Positions 25,393-36,900 of a DNA stretch of 64,000 nucleotides are shown in pieces (the stretch's first letter is position 1; each line of letters starts with the position of its first letter). The stretch is from Mobula hypostoma (taxonomy: Eukaryota): NCBI RefSeq assembly GCF_963921235.1, contig NC_086108.1, positions 26,724,001 through 26,788,000 of the forward strand, written 5' to 3'. The notes under the pieces were generated by a model. It was not told the DNA's origin. It saw nothing but the letters and a program-made list of their open reading frames with translations, and did no database searches. The translations under genes and the position numbers were made by a program.

Positions 25393-25458
25393 TTAGGGTT
25401 AGGGTTAGGGTTAGGCTTAAGCTTAGGTTTAGGGTTAGGCTTAGGTTTAGAGTTAGAG
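25393..25458 (+). repeat. Degenerate telomeric hexamer tract, 11 units
   Basis: TTAGGG x3, TTAGGC, TTAAGC, TTAGGT, TTAGGG, TTAGGC, TTAGGT, TTAGAG x2. Confidence 0.95.
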
Positions 25459-25695
25459 TTGGACAGCTGACAACCCTAGCTCCGCCCCTCATGCATCGCT
25501 GCCACGTCACCCGTAATACATTAACCCGGGTGGTGGTGGGAAAAGGAGTTAGGACTTGCCGCCGGCTAGCCGTGTGGTGCTGGATATGTGAATTAATAGT
25601 CCTTAGGCAATTGTTGAATGAGTTTTATTGAAATAATTAGCAATGTAGACAGTACAGTACAAATAGGTGTCATTGTACATTCATACAATGTATAA

Positions 25696-26790
25696 TCAAG
25701 CTTGTCTTGATGTTGAAGTGACCCTCAGTACCTGAGTGGTATTGCACCGCGGTGGTGTGCCTGGTACTTCGCCTGGTGTCTGAAGTTCAAACTCCACATC
25801 TGACATGTTGAATGAGCAGGGTACAGTAGTTGTGCCTTTAATTTCTGTCTGCTTAATTCTGGCTGTCGATTCTGCGTAAGGGAAAATGCCTTTTACTTTA
25901 GAAGCATTGAATTCTTGCTTGTTAGTGTCTGGAAGTGTTTCTAAATTCTACTGAGATACTGGGAACTTAGGTCTGTACTCGATCTTCATGTAAATCCTAA
26001 TATAACCCTCAACAGACTTAACAATGCTAACGTCAGGTGAGTAGCCTGGATCGGACTTGATAAGAATCTGCGGTGCCTTTGTATTGAACGCAATGTTCAT
26101 TAGCAAGCTGTAAGGAAAATGGACATGGGCAGGTGTCCTAAGGACAATCCTGTCAGTAGATTTCCATGCAGGTGTCACTTTGAATCTCCCTGCATTAGAG
26201 CCAACTCTTTTTTTTTCTTGGCGTGGACAGAATCCCTGCCAACTACTTCAGTCTGAGTGCTGTCAGCGACATTTGGATCAAAATTGGAAAGGAGAGGACT
26301 TACAGGAGCCTGGAATTTTTCTACTACCCATGATCTGTCGACTTGTAAGCTCGCATTGTTGAAAGGGTTGCAGCCAAATTTTAAGTTATTAAATCTGCTA
26401 ATCTCATTGCTTTGCCATGGGCCATTGATGTGGACAGTATATGGTATTGTTTCGCCCTCATATAAAACCACACTGTTTTCCATGACTGGGTCCTGTGTGA
26501 GGTCCTCATTCCAGTAAGCAAATACCGGTGGCTTGTACACAGCCAGAGGATCAATTGGGAAGTTATTGGGATTTAAGCCGGAGCAATAGGGAAGTCTCTC
26601 GGTGTCAAAGAGGATACTCACTCTGTTTGGTGCTGGGTACCAGCATCCTTTTTCTACGTCTGGTTTCCTTGTCTGAAATTCTCCAATAAATTAATTGATA
26701 GAGACGCATCGGAATTCAGATGCGCTAGCCATTAGAAATTGCTCTGCTCCCGGTGTCATGAAATTGCACCATTGACAGATGGTGCAAGAG
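25696..26790 (-). pseudogene. Endogenous parvoviral element: capsid (VP) pseudogene, ~365 codons
   Basis: Collinear VP-like motifs WCNFMTPGAEQFLMASASEFRCVSI, VSILFDTERLPY, DPVMENSVVLYEGE and KAPQILIKSDP...EGYIRIYMKIEYRPK; stops at 26691 and 25948; frameshift in the T-run at ~26208-26216; terminal TGA at 25696; minus-strand AATAAA at ~25624. Confidence 0.82.
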
Positions 26791-27954
26791 CAGATTGACC
26801 TCCATCTTCCAGAGGCTTCACCTCTGCATGCTGACAGGGCTAACACACACTGAGAAGCTCCTCATAGAAGAAGCAGGCAAGAATTGAGAGTAAACAGAGC
26901 TAAAGTATACTGTGATCCCAATGAAAAGGTCGATGACACTTTGAGAAAGAGCAAAAAGTACAATAAAAGATACAACCGGCTTTCCCAGAAACTGAGCACT
27001 TCAGAATCCCCAAAAATTAAAGTGACGAAACAAACGTGTCTAAATCCCAAGTGCCCAAGGAAGGTGCTGCCCTTCCACAATATGGTGCTCTCTGAGCTTA
27101 AAAACAACATATCAGCAATCAGCCATGAAAGACAAGCAAATAATGTCCAAATTTCCGGCTGGGAAAATTTTTAAAGAACTACCACTTGGTGAAAGAACCA
27201 AACAACAACTTGGTTTCTCTGCCAAGACAATGCATAAAAACAGAGAAAGGCCTGCTGGTCTTAAGTTCTACAGGAAAGTCAGACAGATGTTTTGGCAGAG
27301 TTAATATTAACCTAAAACCGTTGTTTGTCAATGTCAAAAGTATTTTTTCATTACCAACACAGTGCATATTTTGATGTGAAATAAAGTTTTGTTTAGTAAT
27401 ATTGGTCTGAACTGATTTGCTGGAGTCAAGTGCTTTGATGCCAAAATCAGCAGTCTGTCAAAATGGGTTAAAATTCCTACAGTCTAATTAGTAAACAAAT
27501 GTTTCATTGTTTAGTCAAGGAAAATATTGACATGATTAAGAAAATGCGTCTCAAAAATATATTCTGAATGTACTTAAAAATGAATCAAATCAAATTTATT
27601 GAAGGGCGTGGATTTTACTTGCAGGATTGACTTCAAAATCTTTGTCATTTCATTTTAAATTCAATTCAGTATTTTGATGCTATGAAGGTAACAACGCTCA
27701 TCTGTGAAAACTCTGCAATAACACCTTGAAATATAAAAGTTCTCTTAAAGGTTGATCAATGCCAAGATATGGTCTTCATTCCAGAGCCTAAAGTAAATGT
27801 TACAACATAAACAGAACAGAGTTTCAAGAAATTTAATTTTCAGAATTTCAAGTCGTCAAAAGCACCCCTAATTGAAGAATCACTCTTATATAAATGAATC
27901 AGCTGTACTAATACACACTAAAATGCTTCCATACTTCAGTAAATATATTTAAGA

Positions 27955-29640
27955 CCAGGTTGGATAGATTTATGCATAGTAGGGGAATTAAGGGTTATGG
28001 GGAAAAGTCAGGTAAGTGGAGATGAGTCCATGGCCAGATCAGCCATGATCTTACTCAATGGCAGAGCAGGCTCGATGGGCCGGATGGCCGACTCCTGCTC
28101 CTGTTTCTTATGTTCTTTTAATGAGATACTACAGACATAATTTTGATCTATGAAAACAATTTGTTAACTGAAATTTTATGAATCAAAAATGATTTTGATT
28201 CTAATGAAGAAGGCGAAGCTGAACATGTCATCTACATGGATTTAGCAAAGCATTTGACAAGATCCCTCATGGCTAGTTTACCTGAAAGGTTAAGATGCAA
28301 TGTGAGCCATGGCGACGACCGTAGAAGACAGAGGACAATGGACAATGAGACTTATTTGGGCTGGAGGTCAAAATGCGGTGGTGTTCAGCAGGGATCTATA
28401 CTCAAACCTCTGCTGTCTGTGATAAATATAAATGATCTGGATGAAAGCACGGATGGACGAGTTAGTCATTTGCAGATGATACAATGATTGATTATGTTTT
28501 GCAGTGTATAAAAGATTGTTGGGAGATGGGGTGAAGATGTGCCTCTACCAAAGGAGGTGTAAGCTGCCCCTTCCCTCCTCTAGCCTGCAGGTCACCCTTG
28601 GGCAAGTTGTAGCACCTGCTTAGCCCTCTGGCTCAGGGTCACATGAAGCCATGGGAGCAGGAGGTGGATGTTTGTACAAGCAGCTGGCTTGTTGATGCAG
28701 CAAGTTCTGTTTATGCAAACCACCGATGCCAGCTAGACAATCTCTGAATCGTATTGATAATGACTGCTGTCACCTGCCATGAAAACACACAGCCCAGAAG
28801 AAAGCAATGGTAAACCATTCTGTAGAAACATTTGCCAAAATCCATTGCCCACGTCATAATGACATAACACATAATGATGATGATGAAAATATTGCCAAAA
28901 GGTTCGGTAGAATATAGATCAGTCATAGATATGGATGGAGAAATACTAAGTGGGGTTTAAACCAGCCAAGTGCATGGTGCTGCACTTTAAGAGATCAAAT
29001 GTAATGAGACAATATACAGCTAATTGCAGGATCCTTTATAATGTTGATACATAAAGTGATCTGAAAGTAGCTGCAGATGTTGATAAGGTGATAAGGAAAG
29101 CATTTTGCATGATTGCCTTTATTGGTTGAGGCACTGAATTTAAGTCAAGAAGGTATGTTGCAGTTTTAAATATCCCTGGTTCCGCTGAATCTGGATCATT
29201 ACATTTAATTCTGGCCACCCAATTATAGGGTGGATGTAGAGGCTTTGCAGGGGGTGCAGATAAAGTTTACCAGGATGTTGCCTGGACTAGAGAGCATCAG
29301 CTGTAAAGAAAGGTTGGACGAATTTGGTTTTCTTTCTCTGGAATGGTAGATGCAGAAGGGAGACGTGACAGAATGTATAAAATCATGGGAAGCATTGAAA
29401 GACTTGAACATGAAGTGCCTATTACCATAAGGAATGCATTTGAAGTTAGAAATGCAAGTTCAAAGGAGATACATGGGTTAAGTATTTTCACACACAGAGT
29501 GTCGGATACTTGGAATGCGCTGCCAGGGATGGAAGTGCAGGCAAGTACGATAGAGGTATTTAAAAGTCTCCTAGATAGACACAAAAATGTGCAAATAATG
29601 GAGGGATATGGACTTTATTTCAGCATTTTAGATTAGTCTA
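27955..29640 (+). mobile_element. Old CR1 fragments with a nested short element (~28530-28890)
   Basis: CR1 3' end at 27955-28120; GGVQQGSILKPLL..ININDLD and FTHRVSDTWNALP. Confidence 0.75.
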
Positions 29641-29674
29641 ATCGCTAGCTTAATTAGTTCTGCACAACGTAATT

Positions 29675-29815
29675 GGGCTGGTGGCGTAGCGGCACCAGTG
29701 CTGGACTTCGGGGTGAGAGGTCCCGAGTTCGAATCTGGCCGGCTACCTTGCACACCTTCCATCCGTGCTTGGACTGAGTATCGAGCTAACAACTTGACCT
29801 CATTAAAAAAAAAGA
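29675..29815 (+). mobile_element. tRNA-derived SINE head
   Basis: A box TGGCGTAGCGG, B box GAGTTCGAATC, downstream A-run. Confidence 0.65.
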
Positions 29816-30166
29816 CCTAGAGAGGGATAGGCTCGGCCAGGTTTTAGATTGCCCAAGACCTGCCGTATGATGAGCATACCAAAAAAAGCTTGTCATAATG
29901 GCTCCCCAGCGACTCCACACACACAACATAACAGGCTGAAAGACCTGTTCCTTTACTGTTTTATTTTCCCTGATATATATGCAGAACAGGCATTCCTGTT
30001 GCCTGAAATAAATCATTCTGTTTGCTATAGTGAAAAATTGCTTTGTTAATCTGTTGTGGCCCCAAGAATCCATGGCATTATAGTGAAAATTTATAAGTCA
30101 TAGAGAGTGAAATTCTACTAGTACTGCTTGTCCTTCCTGCTCTGCTCCAACATCCTTGTAGATGAT

Positions 30167-32676
30167 AGAAACATAGAAACATAGAAAATAGGTGCAAGAG
30201 TAGGCCATTCGGCCCTTCGAGCCTGCACCGCCATTTATTATGATCATGGCTGATCATCCAAATCAGAACCCCGCCCCAGCCTTCCCTCCATACCCCCTGA
30301 CCCCCGTAGCCACAAGGGCCATATCTAACGCCCTCTTAAATATAGCCAATGAACTGGCCTCAACAGTTTCCTGTGGCAGAGAATTCCACAGATTCACCAC
30401 TCTCTGTGTGAAGAAGTTTTTCCTAATCTCGGTCCTAAAAGGCTTCCCCTTTATCCTTAAACTGTGACCCCTTGTTCTGGACTTCCCCAACATCGGGAAC
30501 AATCTTCCTGCATCTAGCCTGTCCAATCCCTTTAGGATCTTATACCTTTCAATCAGATCCCCCCTCAATCTTCTAAATTCCAATGAGTACAAGCCCAGTT
30601 CATCCAGTCTTTCTTCATATGAAAGTCCTGCCATCCCAGGAATCAATCTGGTGAACCTTCTTTGTACTCCCTCTATGGCAAAGATGTCTTTTCTCATATT
30701 AAGGGACCAAAACTGCACACAATACTCCAGGTGTGGTCTCACCAAGGCCTTGTACAACTGCAGTAGTACCTCCCTGCTCCTGTACCCGAATCCTCTCGCT
30801 ATAAATGCCAGCATACCATTCGCCTTTTTCACCGCCTACTGTACCTGCATGCCCACTTCCAATGACTGGTGTATAATGACACCCAGGTCTCGTTGCACCT
30901 CCCCTTTTCCTAATCGGCCACCATTCAGATAATAATCTGTTTTCCTATTTTTGCCACCAAAGTGGATAACTTCACATTTATCCACATTAAATTGCATCTG
31001 CCATGAATTTGCCCACTCGCCCAACCTATCCAAGTCACCCTGCATCCTCTTAGCATCCTCCTCACTGCTAACACTGCCACCCAGCTTCGTGTCATCCGCA
31101 AACTTGGAGATGCTGCATTTAATTCTCTCATCCAAGTCATTAATATATATTGTATAACAACTGGGGTCCCAGCACTGAGCCTTGCGGTACCCCACTTGTC
31201 ACCGCCTGCCATTCTGAAAAGGTCCCGTTTATTCCCACTCTTTGCTTCCTGTCTGCTAACCAATTCTCCACCCACACCAATACCTTACCCCCAATACCAT
31301 GTGCTTTAAGTTTGCACACTAATCTCCTGTGTGGAACCTTGTCAAAAGCCTTTTGAAGTGAATATACCACATCCACTGGTTCTCCCCTATCCACTCTACT
31401 AGTTACATCCTCAAAAAATTCTATGTGATTCGTCAGACATGATTTTCCTTTCACAAATCCATGCTGACTTTGTCTGATCATTTCACCGCTTTCCAAATGT
31501 GCTGTTATCACATCCTTGATAACTGACTCCAGCAGTTTCCCCACCACCGACATCAGGCTAACCGGTCTATAATTCCCCGGTTTCTCTCTCCCTCCCTTTT
31601 TAAAAAGTGGAGTTACATTAGCCACCCTCCAATCCTCAGGAACTAGTCCAGAATCTAACGAGTTTTGAAAAATTATCACTAATGCATCCACTATTTCTTG
31701 GGCTACTTCCTTAAGCACTCTAGGATGCAGACCATCTGGCCCTGGGGATTTATCTGCCTTCAATCCCTTCAATTTACCTAACACCACTTCCCTACTAACA
31801 TGTATTTCGCTCAGTTCCTCCATCTCACTGGACCCTCTGTCCCCTACTATTTCTGGAAGATTATTTATGTCCTCCTTAGTGAAGACAGAACCAAAGTAAT
31901 TATTCAATTGGTCCGCCATGTCCTTGCTCCCCATAATCAATTCACCTGTTTCTGTCTGCAGGGGACCTACATTTGTCTTTACCAGTCTTTTCCTTTTTAC
32001 ATATCTATAAAAGCTTTTACAGTCCGTTTTTATGTTCCCTGCCAGTTTTCTCTCATAATCTTTTTTCCCCTCCCTAATTAAGCCCTTTGTCCTCCTCTGC
32101 TGAACTCTGAATTTCTCCCAGTCCTCAGGTGAGCCACTTTCTCTGGCTAATTTGTGTGCTCCTTCTTTGGAGTTGATACTATCCCTAATTTCTCTTGTCA
32201 GCCACGGGTGCACTACCTTCCTTGATTTATTCTTTTGCCAAACTGGGATGAACAATTGTTGTAGTTCATCCATGCAACCTTTAAATGCTTGCCATTGCAT
32301 ATCCACCGTCAATCCTTTAAGTGTCATTTGCCAGTCTATCTTAGCTAATTCACGTCTCATACCTTCAAAGTTACCCCTCTTTAAGTTCAGAACCTTTGAT
32401 TCTGAATTAACTATGTCACTCTCCATCTTAATGAAGAATTCCACCATATTATGGTCACTCTTACCCAAGGGGCCTCTCACGACAAGATCGCTAATTAACC
32501 CTTCCTTATTGCTCAAAATCCAGTCCAGAATAGCCTGCTCTCTAGTTGGTTCCTCGACATGTTGGTTCAAAAAACCATCCCTCATACATTCCAAGAAATC
32601 CTCTTCCTCAGCACCTTTACCAATTTGGTTCACCCAATCTACATGTAGATTGAAGTCACCCATTATAACTGCTGTC
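30167..32676 (-). mobile_element. Young 5'-truncated CR1 LINE (end of APE plus RT)
   Basis: 520-aa ORF 31140-32702 (MGDFN, SDHN, PGNYRPVSL, GVPQGSVLGP), continued in other frames to 30263; (TTTCTATG)n tail; nearly identical to 1-1157. Confidence 0.96.
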
Positions 32677-33249
32677 ATTGATGACTCTTGAATGTACAAC
32701 ACTACTTACGAGACACCATTGGATTAAAAGAATGAATTGCAATAATATAAATTGATTTTATGACTAAAAGTAGAGAGCTGTGTAAATAGTGATTTTTTGC
32801 GGGGGGAATGGCAGGGTGTAATACTATTGAGGACAGTGCTGCAAACTGTTCTGTTAATGAGGTGAGTGTGGGTTGATGTTGCTCTCTGCCACAAAGGGCA
32901 GCCCAAGGAGAAGTTAGGCAACAATTTGCAGAAGACATTATATTGGGTGATGTGGTAAACTGTGAGGAGGATGTTTATAAGTTACCTAAATGGCAGACAA
33001 GTGGCAACTGAAATTTAATACAGTGTATTGTAAAGTGTAGCTCAGTAATTAAAAAGCAAAAAGAAATATATACATAGATGTTGGAAATCTGAAATAAAAA
33101 CAGTAGATACAGGTGAGGCAGCATCTGTGGAGAGAGTAAAAAAGCTAACATCAATGTCAAATTTATTGTCATATAGATTTATCCAGAATTGCATTGAAAA
33201 TCTTGCAGTGGAATCATAAGGTAAGAAGCATTTCCAAAAACATGAGCAC

Positions 33250-33640
33250 ACGAGAGGTGATTGATAAGTTCATGGTCTAAGGTAGAAGGAGTCAACTTTA
33301 GAAAACCTAGCACATTTAATTTTCAACATAGTCCCTTCCTACATTTGCACACTTAGTTCAGTGGACATGGAGCATACGGATCCTTTCTTTGTAGAAGTCG
33401 GTGTCTTTGACCTCCAGAAAGTGGTCCACAGCAGGGGTGATTGATAAGTTTGTGGCCTAAGGTGGAAGGAGGTGAGTTATACAGCTCTCGTTACATGCAC
33501 GTGCAGTTCAACTCTTTGAGTGATTATACAGAAAGTTTGAAGTTAATAACTCATCTCCTGCTGCCTTAGGCCACGAACCTATCAATCACCCCTGCCGAGG
33601 ACCACTTTCTGGAGGTCCAAGACGCTGACTTCTACAGAGA
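33250..33640. mobile_element. Mariner-like non-autonomous remnant with internal inverted repeat
   Basis: Mariner-type terminus CGAGAGGTGATTGATAAGTT; ~33390-33480 is the reverse complement of ~33550-33640. Confidence 0.6.
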
Positions 33641-33949
33641 AGGGCACATACTGTGCTGTACTGTTCTGTGTTCTCTGTTCTATGAATGAGACTGTGTACA
33701 AATAGCTGTCATCGATTCAATAAGCCAAGTAGCCTCTTCCGCAGCAGAATGTCTCTGTTGTGCTGAACTCTTGATTGGCTGTTTGACAATGGATGCCTTC
33801 ATTTTTGAGCTTGATCCTATGCACCCTCAACATAGGTCCCAGCAGCTTTCACCAACTTCAGCTTTCCCTTTCTTTTCCAACTGAAGTCATGTCATGTACA
33901 ATGTAGAAAGATTGTTTCCAACAGACCAGATATAATAGTGTTCAGAATG

Positions 33950-36900
33950 AGAATCAGAATCCAGTTTCATATCACTGGCATATGTTGTGAAATTTGTTGC
34001 TCTGCGGCAGCAGCATATTGCAATACATAATAATAAAGAAAACCATAATTTACAATAAGATGTATATATAAAAATTTAAATTAAATTAATAATGCAAAAA
34101 GAGAGGGGAAAGTAGTGAGGTAGTGTTCATGTTCCATTCAGAAATCTGATGGTGTAGGGGAAGAAGCTGTTGCTAAAATGTTGAGTGTGTGTCTTCAGGC
34201 TCCTTTATCTCCTCCTTGATGGTAGCAATGAGAAAAGAGCATGTCCTGGTTGATGGGGTCCTTGATGGTGAAATGACACCTTTCTGAGGCATTGCCTTTT
34301 GAAGGTATCCTTGATGCAGGAGAGGCTAGTGTCCATGATGGGGATGGCTGAATTTATTACATCCTGCAGCTTTTTCTGATCCTGTGCAATGGCCCCTCCA
34401 TACCAGACAGTGATGCAACCAATGAGAATGATATCCATTGTACATCTGTAGAAATTTGTAAATGTAGTGTCTTCAAACTCCTAGTGAAATACAGCCATGT
34501 AGTGCCTTCTTTGTAAAGCATCAATATGTTGAGTCCAGGATAGATCCTGAGAGATGTTGACACCCAGGAACTGAAACCTGCTCAGCCTTTCCACTGCTGT
34601 TCCCTCGATGAGGACTGTTGTGTGTTTCCTCAACTTCCCCTTCCTGGTCCACAATCAATTCCTTGGTCTTACAGATGTTGAGTGCAAGGTTATTATTGTG
34701 ACACCACTCAACCAGCTGATCTATCTCACTCCTGCATGCCTCCTTGTCACTATCTAAAATTTTGCCAACAAGAATTGTGTCATTGGCAAATTTATAGCTG
34801 GAATTTGAGCTGTGCCTAGCTACACATTTGTGTATGTTGAGAGAGTAGAGCAGTTGGCTAAGCACGCATCCTTGAGCAGCGCTGATGCTAACAGTCAGCG
34901 AGGAGGAGATATTATTTCTGATCTGCACAGACGGTGGTCTCCCTGTGCAAAGTCAAGGATCCAGTTGTAGAGGGAGGTACTGAGGCTGAGGTTTTGGAGC
35001 TTGTTGATTAAAAACGAGGGTACAATGATGTTGAACGCTGAGCTGTAGTCAATAAACAGCAGCCTGATGTAGGTATTGCTATTGTCCAGGTGATCCAAGG
35101 CCAAGTAGGTGAAATTGCATCTGCTGTAGACCTACTGTGGCAAAAGGCAGCTTGCAGTGGGTCCAGGTCCTTGCTTTGGCAGGTTTTTATTGCCATGCCC
35201 AACCCCTCAAAGCACTTCATCACAGTAGATGTAAGGTGATAGTCATTGAGGAAGCTCATTCTCTCTTCTTGGGCACTGACTGGTATGATTGTCGCCCTTT
35301 TGAAGAAGGTGGCAACCTGCAACTGCAACAGTGAGAGATTGAACATGTCCTCAAACACCCCCACCAGTTGGTTGGTGCAGGTTTTCAGTACCCTACTATG
35401 TGCACCATCAGGATGTGATGCCTTGAAATATTCTCTTGAAAGACGTTTTGATGTCAGAGACAGAGATCACAGTGTCACCAGATGCTGCAGGGATTCACAC
35501 TGGTATAATTTCAAAGCATGCTTGAAGGCATTGAGCTCATCTGGGAGAGAAGAATCACAGCCATTCACGATGTTAGGGTTAGGTTTTACTTCCATTTCTA
35601 ACCTCAAGCAGAACTTTTTTTCCTGCTCTAAAAATAGCCTTCGTAGATCATACCTGGAATTTTGCACAGTTCTGGATTACCAGTCTTGAATACCATACAT
35701 CTAGCCCTCAGAAGACAAATCTCTGGTTCACCACAGTTTTTGGTCTGAGTATGTCTGATACATTCTCGAAAGCACACACTCATCCACACAGATACTGATT
35801 AAGCCAGTGACAACAGTGGTGTATTCACTCATATTCAAAGATGAATCTCTGAATATTGTCCAGTCCACTGACTCAAAGCAGTCCTGTAAGGGCTTCTCTG
35901 CCTTCCTTGACCATACCTTCTTGCTGCTCACAACTGTTGTTGTGGCCTTTAATCTGTCCCTGTACATCAGGAGTAGAAATACAGCCAGGTGATCTGATTT
36001 CCAAAGTGCAGGCGAGGGATGGTATGGTAAGCATTCCTGATGTTGGTAAGCAGGGGTTAAGAGTGTTGGCTCCTCTGGTTCCACAGATGATATGTTGGTG
36101 GTAGTCGTTCAGAGACTTCTTTAAGCTGACCTGGTTGAAATCCTCACTATGATAGGAAAGGCATTTGGGTACACTATTTTGTGGCTGCTGATTATAGTGC
36201 TCAGCTTCTCTGATGCCTGCCTGACATTGGCCTGAGATGAAATGTTAACCACTACCAGGATGATGGCAGAAAGCTCCCTCGGCAGATAAAATAGACAACA
36301 CTTGTCCGCTTTGTGTTCTCGGTTGGGTGAGCAGGACTGAGACAGAACCATCACGTCTGTGCACCACAATAAGTCAATGATGAGGCATACTTTCCCTCCT
36401 CTGTCTTTAAAAGCTCAATTGACCTGTCTTTGCCGAGAATGGTAAAGCCACTGGGCTGCAGCGCTGCATCAGAAATAGTAGGGGTTAGCCACGTTTCCAT
36501 TAATCAAAGTAGAGAGCATTCCTGGATATTCCTCTAGTACAGGAATCTTGTTCCAAGGTCTTCAATTTTATTTTCCAGTGACTGTACATTCACCTACTGA
36601 ATAGTTGGGATTGGGGGTCTAAGGCCTTGGTGTTTCAATCATACTTGTAGACCAGTGCAACTTCCCTGCTTCTGCTTTCTTAAAGGGGAACTGCACTTGC
36701 GACCTCTGTCTGCCATCCGGGCTTTGGTGATTTTGAGTATCGACAGAGTCTTTTAACCATCTTAAAATGATGCTGCCTACTGAAGTACCCGTGACTGAGA
36801 CTGTGGATTTCCGCTGCAGTAGTCCTAAGCGGGATATCTGATGATTCCCATTGGAGCTACACACAAAGAGTTGCCACTTATTGGCGCCATCTTTACCAGA
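33950..36900 (-). mobile_element. Near full-length decayed Rex1/Babar-type LINE
   Basis: [46 protein letters not shown] and KTKELIVD on the minus strand. Confidence 0.88.

Larger units (their letters stand above)
25142..27400 (+). pseudogene. Decayed DNA-transposon-like ORF, split by the parvoviral insert
   Basis: Basic N-terminus MAPKSSADQSKKKYRDTIKENPVKYQQFFEREAVRYKKRRKTGKV from 25142; similar-style sequence resumes after ~26790 (RRSRQELRVNRAKVY, KYNKRYNRL, LPFHNMVLSELK, GKILKNYHL). Resembles N-terminal regions of uncharacterised transposase-like proteins from memory; no catalytic motif seen. Confidence 0.5.

Noticed and set aside
25329..25631. 100-aa ORF with an RVRVRV repeat
   Set aside because: Translation artefact of the TTAGGG-like tract.
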